NCBI GenBank assembly: GCA_976551045.1
Contig: CDPCPM010000078.1
Span: 4,526,001-4,590,000, forward strand
Reading direction: 5' to 3'
Length of the DNA: 64,000 nt
Source: Glaucostegus cemiculus
Taxonomy: Eukaryota
Part shown: in pieces, positions 51,281 to 63,714 of the stretch
Layout: each line of letters begins with the position of its first letter
How positions within the stretch are numbered: position 1 is the stretch's first letter
Translations under genes and position numbers: made by a program
The notes under the pieces: model-generated
What the model saw: the letters and a program-made list of their open reading frames with translations, nothing else
Databases searched by the model: none
Told to the model about the DNA's origin: nothing

Positions 51281-51817
51281 AGTACATTGCTGTTCAGGAG
51301 TGAACAGGGACCTTTCACGTGAAAGACAGACATGGTAATTGCTGCGCTAATGAAATGGCAACAGTCATTGAAGAGCTGGGACTCTGACTACCAAACTACT
51401 CCTAACTGTTCTGGCTCTTTTTCCTTCTTAGAGCATCTTGCCTCTCATGTAATACCCTCTTTTTCTGATGCTCAGTGAAGGATCCAAAAAAAATTCTTGA
51501 CTGCTTTCTTCCCTCAACTCTTGTTGCAAGTGTCCTTGTCCTCAGCAATTTCAACCTTCATTTCAATTCTTCATGCTCCACTCTGAAGTAAGTCTTCTCC
51601 CTCTTCCCTTAACCTCTCCCCTCATACTAAAGTCACAATAGCTGCCCTACCCACAACACGCTAGATATCAATGCAGTGAAACTCCAATAATCCCAGCAAA
51701 GTTAGAACTTTGCTAGTGCTAGACTGCTAGATTTTCTGGCCTAATACCCCTAAACACCTTTAATTCTCCTTTTAAAAATGATTATTATGTACTACATTAC
51801 TCTATAGTATACTATAC

Positions 51818-52086
51818 AAGATTTATTTATTGATCACATGTACGTCGAAACACACAGTGAAATGCATCTTTTGCGTAGAGTGTTCTGGGGACAGCCCACA
51901 AGTGTCACCATGCTTCCGGCACCAACATAGCATGCCCACAACTGCCTAACTCGTACGTCTTTGGGATGTGGGAGGAAACCCATGCAGACATGGGGAGAAC
52001 GTACAAACTGCTTACAGACAGTGGCTGGAATTGAACCCGGGTCACTAGTGCTGTAATAGCATTACGCTAACTGCTACACTACCGTG
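51818..52086 (-). mobile_element. V-SINE subfamily with non-CR1 (Rex1-like) tail
   Basis: Head cacggtagtgtagcagttagcgtaatgctattacagcac; V core; tail atttcactgtgtgtttcgacgtacatgtgatcaataaataaatc (minus strand). Confidence 0.85.
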
Positions 52087-52360
52087 TATATACTTTGTTG
52101 TAAGCAGTATTATATATTTTCCAGGGAACCCAGTAAGTTTAAAGGCAGCGTGGGAAACAGGGCTTTGATCAGTTTAAATGGAGCACAGGAAACAGTGCCC
52201 CAGCTAATTGAAGGATGGTATTGGAACCAGGGTCCCTCTGAGGTGAAGGGAAATGAAGCAAACATCACCTGATATATCAGATGCCAAACCATCAGGACTT
52301 CTAAACGGATGAACAGCAGATTATCAGGGCTTTTCCGTACACTCCCATAATGAAGGGATT

Positions 52361-53520
52361 TAGAACATAGAACAGTTCAGAACAATACAGGCCCTTCAGC
52401 CCACAATGTTTAGCCAACCTTTAAACTTCGCCTAAAACTATCTAATCCCTTCCTCTCACATATCCCTCTATTTCAAATTCCTCCATATGATTATCTCATA
52501 ATCTCTTGAATTTGACCAATGTACCAGCCTCCACCACCGCACCAGACAGTGCATTCCATGCCCCAACCACTCTCTGGGTAAAAAACCTTCCTCTGATATC
52601 TCCCTTGAACTTCCCACCCATTACTTTAAAGCCATGCCCTCTTGTGTTGAGCATTGGTGCCCTGGGAAAAAGGTGCCAGCTGTCCACTCTATCTATTCCT
52701 CTCAATGTTTTGTACACCTCTATCATGTCTCCTCTCATCCTCCTTCTCTCCAAAAAGTAAAGCCCTGGCTCCCTTAGTCTCTCCTCATAATGCAGCATCC
52801 TGGTAAATCTCCTCTGCACCCTTTCCAACGCTTCCACATCCTTCCTATAATGAGGCGACCAGAACTGGACAGTACTCCAAGTGTGGTCTAACCAGAGTTT
52901 TACAGAACTGCATCATTACCTCATGGCTCTTAAACTCAGTCCTTTGATTTATGAAAGTTAACATCCCATAAGCTTTCTTAACTACCCTATCCACCTGTGA
53001 GGCAACTTTCAGGGATCTGCAGATCTGGACCCCCAGATCCTTCTGCTCCTCCACACTACTCAGAATCCTGCCATTAACTTTGTACTCTGCCTTGGAGCTT
53101 GTCCTTCCAAACTGTACCACTTCACACTTCTCCGGATGAACTCCATCTGCCATTTCTCAGCCCAGCTCTGCATCCTATCAATGTCCCTCTGCAATCTTCG
53201 ACAATCCTCTACACTATCCACAACACCACCAACCTTTGTGTCATCTGCAAACTTGCCAACCCACCATTCTACCCCCTCATCCATGTCAATAATAAAAATC
53301 ACAAAAAGCAGAGGTCCCAGAATCGATCCTTGTGGGACACCACTAGTCACAGCCCTCCAATCTGAATGCACTCCGTCCACCACAACCCTCTGCTTTCTAC
53401 AGGCAAGCCAGTTCTGAATCCACATGGCCAAGCTTCCCTGGATCCCATGCCCTCTGGCCTTCTGAAGAAGCCTACCATGTGGAACCTTGTCAAATGCCTT
53501 ACTAAAATCCATGTAGACAT
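52361..53520 (-). mobile_element. CR1 LINE, 5'-truncated RT and 3' end
   Basis: YMDFSKAFDKVPHGRL, VTSGVPQGSILGPLLF, KFADDTKVGG, LVRPHLEYC, FFTQRVVGAWNAL; (TTCTATG)-type tail. Confidence 0.95.
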
Positions 53521-53719
53521 TTACTTCCATGATAGAAACTATTTCTACAGGTAGTGGAGTTTAGGAGTTGGGACATAATTTAGAAGTTATCACCAGGCTT
53601 TTCAGGGAGGATGGTCAGGAACTACAACTACAAATGGTTGGTGACCTTTCATAATCTAGTTCTGTGGTAGCCATCCCTAATTTAATGCATGAAGACCGTC
53701 AATCTTTCGATCCACTTCA

Positions 53720-53900
53720 GGGGAATGGGATTAATTGGTGATAGTGAATTACCCTATTGTGTAGGTGAGTGGAAGAATCTGGGGGAAATTGATGAGAATA
53801 AAAGAAAAAGTATTAATGTAAATGAGTGTGAGATGGTCAGCACAGACTTGGTGAGCTGAAGGGCCTGTTTTGGTGCTGTGTGACTGTATGACTCTATGAC
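53720..53900 (+). mobile_element. V-SINE 3' half / CR1-type tail
   Basis: ttaattggtgatagtgaattacccta...tgagctgaagggcctgttttggtgctgtgtgactgtatgactctatgac. Confidence 0.65.
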
Positions 53901-54592
53901 TTTTAAGCTTTGGAGTTAGTAGCACAGGGTATATCCATTGGACATCATTTGGGTAAATTTATTCCATGCACAGTAAATTGAAAGCAAATCTATTCATTCC
54001 ATTGCTGTGTTCCAGTGCACTGCAGATTCAAAGCACTGAATTAGTTGCTTCCACATGGTAACTTTAAGTTCACCACAATGCTGCAGCTGCTGCCTAATCG
54101 ATCGTTGAGTGCACCAACTTTAAATTGCTATCTAATGTATAATGAGACCCTTATTATAACCCTCTTATAATTCATGTAATTATGATCTAACAGCTTCAAA
54201 TTAATTTACTTCCATAATTACCATCTTTTATCATTTTATGGAGACAGTGGCGTCATTTGAAGTTGGTGGTTAGTGAGTAATGAGGCCATAGTGTAAACCT
54301 TAGGGTTCAAGTGCACTCACAAACCACTCAAGCTTTACTCTTATGGCTTATGATGTCACCTGATTTCCTCAAAGAAGCCATTTCCTTCACGTGATTGTCA
54401 AGTGTTGCTTCAGATCTCCTGGCAGTTGTTTCTCATCCTACAACCCTTTCCGTTCCTTCCTAATTTCTTCAGTCTTGCTTTTAATGTGTAGACCTCAATT
54501 TGAAACAGTTGCTTTTAACATCCACGCAACTCCCACATGGGCTGACCTTTGTTGTGGATCTGTCTGGGCTTCCAACTCAGTGCTCAGGAGTT

Positions 54593-54715
54593 GGTAATTG
54601 ATAATTGGTTTAATTATTGTCACATGTACCGAGGTACAGTGAAAAACTTTGTTTTGCATGCTATCCATACAGATCATTTCACTCCATCAGTATATTGAGG
54701 TAGTACGAGGAAAAA
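54593..54715 (-). mobile_element. Rex1/Babar 3' tail fragment
   Basis: Reverse complement of the 38440-38545 tail (tgtcacatgtaccgaggtacagtgaaaaac...ccatacagatcatttca). Confidence 0.75.
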
Positions 54716-54904
54716 GACAATTTTCTTTAAGGCCAAAATGCAGACACAAGGTTCTTATGCAACAACCAGGATAAGAAGGGACACTTAGACAGCCTCACAC
54801 AATAGATAAAGCCAAAGCTCGTGCTCCTTTCATTAAGAATTTAGGGCTGTGCTCCATAGGATTCTATGTTGAAAATTAAAGGCAATAATGAAAGCCAATA
54901 GCAT

Positions 54905-55170
54905 GGGCAGGCATGGTAGTGTAGCAGTTAGCATAACACTATTACAGCGCCAGCAACATGGGTTCTCCCCGTGTCTGCATGGGTTTCCTCTGGGTGCTCC
55001 GGTTTCCTCCCACATTCCAGAGACGTACGGGTAACAAATTTGTGGGCATCCTAGGTTGGCACTGGAAGCATGGCAACACTTGCAGGCTGCCCCCAGAACA
55101 CTCTACACAAAAGATGTATTTCACTGTGTATTTTGATGTACACGTGAGTAATAAAGACATCTAAATCTAA
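54905..55170 (+). mobile_element. V-SINE subfamily with Rex1-like tail
   Basis: Same family as 51818-52086; tail atttcactgtgtattttgatgtacacgtgagtaataaagacatct. Confidence 0.85.
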
Positions 55171-55447
55171 AATGATTTTCAATATTCAATTAAACCCGTT
55201 AATTGGGGAAAATGTCTATTGTGCCCACCCTCCTCCAGCTCTTCTGAATTGTTACCAATCTCTTAGAGTCTTTTTAAATTGTCAGAACTCCCTGCATGAT
55301 TGAGTATGCAGGTATACTTTCCCTGTGACACCTTGGCAACAGCACCAACTGGCTATGGATGGTTTCCCCTATTAGTTAATTCCCAGCTGTCTGCTCAGCA
55401 GTGATGCTACGACTAAGCAGATTTACTCCATTGGTCTAAAAGTAAAA

Positions 55448-55570
55448 TATTGCAGATGCTGGAAATGTGAAATACAAATAAAAAATACCAGGAATGCTCA
55501 GCAGGTCAGGCAGCATCAGGGGAGAAAGAATCAGAGTTAATTGTTCAGGTTGATAACCCTTTATCAGAAC
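55448..55570 (-). mobile_element. Short Penelope/hammerhead-type element
   Basis: Reverse complement reads GTT-CTGATAA-agggttatcaacct-GAAC-aatt-AACT...gatgctgcctgacctgctgagcattcc...tccagcatctgca. Confidence 0.68.
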
Positions 55571-55618
55571 CTCAATGAGGCTGTTACTGAAGTGAGGCTA
55601 CTTCAGCCATACATGTCA

Positions 55619-55893
55619 GGATCAGAATCAGATTTATTATCATTGACTTAAAATGCTGTGAAATTTGTTGTTTTGCAGCAGCAGTAGAGTGCAAAGATAT
55701 AAAATTACCATATATTACAAAATAAATAACTAGTGCAAAACAAAAAGGAATAATGAGGTAGTGTTCATGGATTCATGCACCGTTCATAAATTTGATAGCG
55801 GAGGGGAGGAAGCTGATTCTGAACCATTGAGTGTGGGTCTCCAGGCTCATGTACCTCCTCCCTAATGGTAGTAACGAGAAGAGGGCATTTCCG
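55619..55893 (-). mobile_element. Rex1/Babar LINE 3' fragment
   Basis: gatcagaatcagatttattatcattgac tail; same subfamily as 5673 and 43888. Confidence 0.85.
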
Positions 55894-56357
55894 TGACATG
55901 ACTCTCATTGTCCATCCAATGCTTCCTCAGTCTCTTATCCTGTATCCTCCTTGTGTACTGGACCATGAAAAGTTATACCCAGTCATTTGATTTCTAGAAA
56001 CACATCCAAGCCTGCATAGCAGTGCACTGTACCACAAGCATTGTTGCTTGTCTGATATGTCCTTGTGATATTATTCTTGTTTCTTTGCACTTCCTTTCAA
56101 TCAGCTTACCCCTGACATTGGAATATTTTGCTTATTGACATTTTGCATGCTCCAACACTCAGATCAGTATAACAAAATGGAGTTAATTATCATTTCATTA
56201 AAGTTTTAGAAAGCTATTGGAATATATTAATTTGCTGTCACTAAAGTAGACTCAGCTTAGGGAGAGGCCTTTTGAACAATTCCCTCCACCAGAAACCTCA
56301 TGAATTGTTCTCTGACAGAATGGCTGACTATGAACCATCAGATCAAACTGAAAATTG

Positions 56358-56404
56358 CTGAATTGCTTAAACTGTGACAAAGCCAACTCAAGTGTATTTG
56401 AATG
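56358..56404 (+). repeat. 47-bp direct repeat, copy 1
   Basis: 44/47 identical to 57624-57670. Confidence 0.9.
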
Positions 56405-57029
56405 AAAATAATCAGCTGCTTTTTCCACAGCTTCAGTTAGTGAGCCTGAACTGAAATTGGCTGTGTACCTAATAAAAAAGGATTAAGCACTTTAAGCAAA
56501 TGGGTGCTTTGTTGTGATTGCACGGTCAGTATTTAGATTAAAACTGTAGCCAAAAAAAATGAAATCTTGCATTACTCTAAGTATATAGTAATGTCACTTA
56601 ACAGTAATGCACTTTCATTCAGTCACACAGACTATGTAATGTGACAAAAGAAATGTTTAAATATTGCATTGAATACACTGGCAGATAAACTGCACAGTGA
56701 AATGAATGTGTGATCACAATGCATGATTAACCTGCAGCCACCTGACCCAGTGAAGGCAAGACTCCAACTACAAACAGCCTGCGCATTAACATGATTGTGG
56801 TTCATATGCCATGCTGTTAACTTGGTTACTCCCTCAGTAACAGCCTATTTTAGTGAGTGGCCGGCACGAGCTGAAACTTCTTAAAGCAGACCAGCATCTA
56901 CAAGACAGAAATATAGGAGCAGGAATAGGCCAATTGGCCCCTTGAGCCTATTCCGTCATTCCTAGCCAATTAGAATGCTGATATAAAGACCTCCCTGGCT
57001 GACTCCATAAACCATGATTCTTTTTAGAT

Positions 57030-57700
57030 TTCTGATGCTCAATGGCAACCCTTTGACTTAGAGAGGGGCTCAAATGTTGATGGCATTGCAGACTGCTGCA
57101 AAGTAAATGCACTCAAATTGTTGCCCTGGTACTGGGCACCAACCCACTGGGTGCACTGTCTATGGTTACACACTGGGCATTTAGTTAGCAGAATGTCTTC
57201 TGACTGCAGTAGCTCACTGAGCTGAGGTGGTGAGAGTCTGGTCGATGACGCCCTTCTGCTTTGGGATGCCCAGAACCCGGGTGAGAGTTGGTGGTCCCTA
57301 TACCCACTGCTCTTTGGCAAAGGGGAGTGAGGCATATGTAGCTCCCTTGGAATGGGAAACATTTGTGACTTCCCTTCTCCAACATGAAAGGAACATAACT
57401 GGTTAGAATTAATGGTAAACTGCTGCCTGAGTCATCATGATCAAAAGAGGTCCTGTGGTTGTAGTTGTGGCTAAGGCATGCACTTCACGTCAGTGCGATG
57501 ATATTTTCTCAGACCTCTCAAGCATTGTACTATGCCAAGGCAGATGTAGGGGAATTAGTGAAGAGAGGGTCTTTGTCCACTTCATCCCTTGTTCAGCAAG
57601 TGGACAAGGGCCCTCTCTATACACTGAATTGCTTAAACCGTGACAAAGCCAACTCAGGTGCATTTGAATGTGCCCTCGATGTGCCCTCTCTACTAATACA
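57030..57700 (-). mobile_element. Decayed PIF/Harbinger (HARBI1-like) transposase remnant
   Basis: VYRE, MTQAAVYH, GIPKQKGVIDQT and VCNHRQCTQWVGAQYQGNNLSAFTLQQSAMPSTFEP, in order. Resembles GFP.VQGAIDCTH and VCDH..RI..V.ARYPGSSHDAFILRQS.VP..FEP. Confidence 0.72.
57624..57670 (+). repeat. 47-bp direct repeat, copy 2 (inside the Harbinger remnant)
   Basis: 44/47 identical to 56358-56404. Confidence 0.9.
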
Positions 57701-58524
57701 CCCATGTTTTGCAGCCACAAGTGTCATACAGTAACTTTGTCTTCTACAGGAACTCCTTGAGCTCGTCGTTCTTCTCTCTGCAGACCAAAGAAAATCCTCC
57801 ACAGAAAATCAATCAGTACCCAACCTCCAAGTAACTGATGAATCTTTTCAAATAGTTTGTTCCTGAACACACTTGGTCGGGTTGGGTAGGACATAAATTT
57901 AGCTTTAACATCAAGGTCTAGTTTGGCAGTGCTGGTATCAAATCACAATGATTAACCACGCAACTGGTTCAGTCTGCATGCTTCCAGTGGGTGTTGCTGT
58001 TGCATGCCTTAACTGATGCAAATGTCTATTTTAGTACCACAATCAGTATGACTTGCCCTACAAATGTGTGCATGGTCATTAGATGACATATTGAAACCAA
58101 TTCAATGCCAATACCAATCCAGCACCCAAGCAACAGCTACCACACAGTTAAATTCTGCAGGATCATTATGTTAAAATACCTTTGAATGGTGAAAGTATTC
58201 CATGCTGAATACATATTTTGAAGATTTTTTTCTTTTTAAATTTCACTGCATTATTTATTGTACATGTTCCCAGTGCATCTGCTTTGACTGTACAGATATA
58301 GGAGGAATAACTGAACAAAAGGTTGTTCAGTTGTCAATTATGTTTCCAGCATAGACCACGTATATTAATACAATCATGAATTTATTCAAGCCATTTGGTC
58401 TCTGGTGAGAAAATGTTTCCCAAAGTTTCTGAAGTGTATTCTCCCTTAAATTCCCAAATAGTAATTTGCAAAACACCATATGCCCTCTATCAGCTCATTT
58501 ATCCAGAATTACGGTAGTGCTCCT

Positions 58525-58860
58525 CAGCACAGTGGTTAAATTACTGGCAACTAGAATTCTGGACCATTGATCCAGAGGCACAAGTTCAAATCTCACCAAA
58601 GCAATCGAGGAATGCATTATTTGAGGAACAATTAAGTAATTAAATGAATCTAGAATTTAACAAAAAAAAAGTTTTCAGGGATGGCAATCATGAAGTAAAC
58701 ATTTTATTATTAAAAAACCCAACTGGTTCAGCAACATCCTTCATGGAAGGAAATCTGCAATTCTTGTCCAGTCTAGCCTGTTTGCAACTCCACAGATGTG
58801 GTTTGCTTTCAATCATCTTCTCAGTTCGGGAGCAATGAGGGGTAGGCAATGAATGCCAGG
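58525..58860 (+). mobile_element. Second SINE family copy
   Basis: Colinear with 42590-42985; B-box-like aagttcaaatctc; tail gcaatgaggggtaggcaatgaatgcc. Confidence 0.65.
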
Positions 58861-58865
58861 GAGAG

Positions 58866-59115
58866 CACAAGAGAATAGGAGCAAGAGTAGGGCACTCAGC
58901 CCCTCAAGCCTGCCCTGCCCGGCAACATGATCATGGCTGATCAACCTTATCTCCTTTTTTTTTGTGCCAGTTCCCCATAGTCCTCAACCCCCCTATCTTT
59001 CAAAAATGTATCTATCTCCACCTTAAATACCCGTCATGATCTGGGCTCCACAACCATCTGGGGTACAGAATTCCAGAGATTCATCACCCACAGCAAAAAT
59101 ATACTTCTATGCAGT
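58866..59115 (-). mobile_element. CR1 3' fragment
   Basis: IFLLWVMNLWNSVPQMVVEP; caagagaataggagcaagagtagggcactcagccc tail. Confidence 0.75.
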
Positions 59116-59279
59116 GTCCACATCAGCGAGAATAAATATAAGACCAAATATTGCAGATAATTTTTCCAAAAATGGTTTTTAGGGTTTTCTTCCCCCACTG
59201 CTCTGACGGTCCATTCTAGGGACATGTCATTATCTTAATTTACTGTACAAAGCAGTTCAATATATTCCTTTACAATATA

Positions 59280-59790
59280 CCAATTCCACTCATGTTTCAT
59301 CATTAAATACTGCATCAGTAAAGCATTTGAGAGGCTGTTACTCGAAGCTCAGCCCTTCAATGACCAGTGGTGGTAGGACCCTAGACTGTGGCCTTTCCCC
59401 ACAGAGCCTATGTGGTGGTTGCACTGAGCTTCCAGCACATATTCCTGCACCTTGGAATGTGCCAGTTTGTAGCGTTCAGTTGTGGACATCTCCTTGCACT
59501 GGATGACCAGCATGATTCAAGCAGAGCAAAATGCATCTTTCGAGTTGGTGATCTTCCTGCAGTGGTTGATACTTGTCACAGTGTGACAGCCCATCGAGCA
59601 CAGAGTCCTACGTTACACAGCTGCTTGGTGTGAACCTCAGCAAAGGCCACTGCTTCCCTTTTCAGACCTCCTTGGCAAACGCACAGTCCAGAAGGAAGTG
59701 AACAACCAATTCATCTGCATCATAGCCACCTTGAGGACATTGTGCAATGAAAATGAATTCAGGCACAGCCAGAGCCTCAAAGTATTAATT
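59280..59790 (-). mobile_element. Tx1/L1-clade LINE 3' fragment
   Basis: AQCPQGG...VVHFLLDCAFAKEV (CCHC knuckle remnant), RFTPSSCVT*DSVL.GL, KDAFCSA..MLVIQCKEMSTTERYKLAHSKVQEYVL, ALWGKATV*. Confidence 0.7.
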
Positions 59791-61176
59791 ACATTTTTTT
59801 TTTGTAATTCTCCTGTTTACTTTCTCTGCTTTAAAATGATAATTTCCAATATTTCTCATATTTCCTTGCAATACAGCAGTCCATTGTCCATCAATCTATG
59901 CTGAAGAACTCACAGATATAGATCAGAAATTTGTCTTGTACAAGATTGAACAGATTTTCAGTTTGACTTAACACTTCAATGATCAATGTCGGTGAACCAT
60001 TACAAAGAGTTAATACTCTAAAATTTATTTTTCAGTTCCACTTTTTGTGACAAAAGCATGTGTGTTGCAGTAAGGAGTGATGGTATAAATTGAGCTGACT
60101 TGCTCATTCCTCTATTATTGCATCTGGGAGTGAAAAAGTATCATAGTTGTCAAAACCAACTTTAGCTGTATTTTTAATCAAAGTCTTTCTCTTCAACTTC
60201 TTCAGGCTTGGCTTTTAAGAGAAAAAGCATTACTGATGCCTGCTGAGAGAGAGAGTGACACAAGCAGCAGGGCTGAGAAGACACAGAGTAATTTGAATCA
60301 GGGAATTTATAATGTGAGAAAATGGGGGAAAGAAGACAAATGCAGAGAGTGTCAGGAAATCCTTATGGGAATGTGCTTCAAACACCATTAACGTCATTGA
60401 ACTTGAGGGTACGAATGATGCTGCTTCTGTACTTCAGCAAAAGTGTTCTGCAGAGCAGAGATCCTAAAGCTACTGTTAATGATTCTGAACTTCTCTGAAG
60501 GCTGTGCTGTTTGGCAGCCACTTCCACCTCAATCCAAGGAATTTGACAAGAATTTCAGGTACTTACAAACCAGCCTCACTGTAAGATTACCCAAGACATA
60601 ATTAATGATAAGCAGACTCTGGTTCTAAAAACCAATATTTCATGTGTATGGATTGAAATTCCTCAGATAAATATTTTAAATTGTTTTATTTCATTTTTGA
60701 TATTTCAGGTTTTATCCTTATTGTGAAGGCTGTAATCTGTATTTTGTAATCTGTAAAATGTTTTAAATGTTGACTGAAAGTTCTGCTTTTTCCCCTTTGG
60801 TATTTTTGAAAGGGATCTGTTTGAACTGAAGCGTGACAGTGACCAAAATCAGAAACACGAAAGTCAAGTCACTGAGAATGTGAGCAGCAATTCACTCAAA
60901 ACAATCATCTGCACCAAAATTTTATAATCTCAGATAAAACACACAAAACCACAAACACTCAGAATTTACATGCCATTCTGCGTGGTTGGTCTGTGCTCCA
61001 TATCAGCCTTCCCCCTCCTACTTCCTGCCATCCTTTTAGCATATCCTTCCATTTCTTTCTCCACCCAAGGAACTTCAGTTTTGCTTTGAGTTTATCTGTG
61101 CTAATCATCTTAACCACTCAGAACTATTGATACTTTCCTACATACCACAGCAGCATAATTTGGATTACTGTTTGAT

Positions 61177-63457
61177 ATGATGTTGTGCAATGAACCAGAT
61201 TTGATTAGAGAGCTTAGGGTAAAGGAACCCTTAGGAGGCAGTAATCATATGATAGAATTCACACTGCAGGTTAAGAGGGAGAAGTTGGAATTGGATGTAT
61301 CGGTTTTACAGTTGAGCAAATGTAACTACAGGAGGCATGAGAAAGGAGCTGGCCAAAGTTGATTGGAAGGGGACCCAAGCAGGGATAACCATAGAGCAGC
61401 AATGGCAGGAGTTTCTGGGAGTAATCCAAAAGAGGCAGGATCAGTTCATCCCAAAGCAGCATCGCATTCTGAAGGGAGGATGAGGAAACTGTGGCTGACA
61501 AGGGAAGTCAAAGACAGCAATAAAAGCAAAAGGGAGAGCATACAATATTGCAAAAGTTAGTAGGAAGCTAGAAGATTGGGAAGCTTTTAAAAACCAACAG
61601 AGGGCAACTATAAAAGCAATAACGAGAGAAAAGATGAAAAATGAAGGTAAGCTAGCCAATAATATAAAAGGGGATACCAAAAGTTTTTTCAGATAAACAA
61701 AGAGTGAAAGAGAGGCAAGAATGGACATTGGACCACTGGAAAATGACACTGGAGAGGTAATAATGAGGAACAAAGAAAGGGCAGACGAACTGAATACGCA
61801 TTTTGTGTCATTCTTGACTGCGGAAAACAACACACCAGAAATTCACGAGAGTCAGGTGGCAGAAGTGAGTGTAGTTGCTATTACTAAGGAGAAGGTGCTT
61901 GGGAAGCTGAAAGGTCTGAAGGTGGATAAGTCACCTGGAGCAGATGGGCTACACCCCAGGGTTCTAAAAGAAGTAGCTAATGAGATTGTGGAGGCATTAG
62001 TAGTGTTCTTTCAAGAATCACTAGATTCAGGAATGGTTGTGGAGAACTGGAAAATCGCAGATGTCACTCAACTCTTTAAGAAGGGAGAGAGGCAAAAGAC
62101 AGGATATTATAGGCTGGGTAGCCTGACTTCAGTGGTTGGTAAGCTGTTATAGGGATGACGTTTCAGGGTACTTGGAAGCACATGATAAAAAAGGCCAAAG
62201 TCAGCATGGTTTCCTGAAGGGGAGATCTTGCCTGACAATCTGGTGGAATTCTTTGAGGAAGTAACAGGCAGGATAGACAAAGGAGTCAGTGGATGTTGTT
62301 TACTTGCATTTTCAGAAGACCTTTGACAAAGTGCCACACATGAGGCTACTAAATAAGGTAGGAGCCCATTGTATTACAGGAAAGGTACTAGCATGGAGAG
62401 AAGATTGGTTGACTGGCAGAAACCAAAGAGTGGGAATAAAGGGGGCCTTTTCGACTGGTAGTGTTCCATGAGGTCATTGTTGGGTCTGCTACTTTTAACG
62501 TTATGTGTTAATTATTTGGATGATGGAACTGATGGCTTTGTGGCCAAGTTTGCGGATGATATAAAAATAGGGGGAGGGGCAGGTGGTGTTGAGGAAGCAG
62601 GGAGTCTGCAGAAGGACTTGGACAGGTTGGGAGAAGTGGCAGATGGAATACAGTGTAGCCAAGTGTATGGTCATGCACTTTGGTAGAAGGAATAAAGGCG
62701 TAGACTATTTTCTAAATGGGGAGCAAATTCAAAAATCAGAGGTGCAAAGGGACTAGGGAGTCCTAGTGTAGGATTCTCTAAAGGTTAATTTGCAGGTTGA
62801 GTTGGTAGTAAGGAAGGCAAATACAATATTAGCATTCATTTTGAGAGGACTAGAATATAAAAGCAAGGATGTAATGCTGAGGCTTTATAAGGTGTTGATC
62901 AGATCACATCTGGAGTATTGTGAGCAGTTTTGGGGCCTATACCTAAGGAAAGATGTACTGGCGTTGGAGGGGGTCCAGAGGAGGTTTACAAGAATGATCC
63001 TGAGAGTGAAAGGGTTAATGTATGGTGAGCATTTGATGGCTCTGGGCCTGTACTTGCTGGAGTTTATAAGAATGAGTGAGGAAATGTCATTGAACCCTAC
63101 CGAATACTGAAAGGCCTGGATAGAGTGGACGTAGAGAGGATGTTTCCAGCAGCGGGAGAGTCTAGGACCAGAAGGCACAACCTCAGAGTAGAAGGACGTT
63201 CGTTTAGAACAGAGATGAGGAGGAATTTCTTTAGCCGGAGGATGGTGACTCTGTGGAATTCATTGACACAGACGGCTGTGGAGGCCGAGTCATTGGTATT
63301 TTTAAGGTGGAGGTTGATGGGCTCTCGATTGGTAAGTATATCAAAGGTTATGGGGGGAAGGCAGGAGAGGGAAAAATAAATCAGCCATGATCGAATGGCG
63401 GTGCAGACTTGATGGGCCGAAATGGCCTAATTCTGCTCCTATGTCTTATGGTCTTAT
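61177..63457 (+). mobile_element. CR1 LINE, ~2.3 kb of disrupted ORF2 (endonuclease end, RT, 3' tail)
   Basis: EPLGGSNHMIEF, KSPGADGLHPRVLKE, FQKTFDKVPH, KFADDIKIGG, HLEYCEQFW; many stops and frameshifts; tail atgtcttatggtctta. Confidence 0.95.
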
Positions 63458-63714
63458 TAGCGATGAAATACTGAGAGTTCTATATGTAGATCTTATATTC
63501 AATTTTTAATTAAATCCCTAGCATTAATAGTTAATCAGGTCAAAAGCTAAAAACAATGTGGTAGTGCTAGATTTATTATAAGCTGTGAAGTGACGTAATG
63601 TTTTACTTTGTACCAAGACCTAGACTTAGATACCACGATTGCCAAATCTCTTATTCACAGACTAATATTTATATATATGACAAGCATGCATCCAAACAAG
63701 TAAGTCAGACTCAA

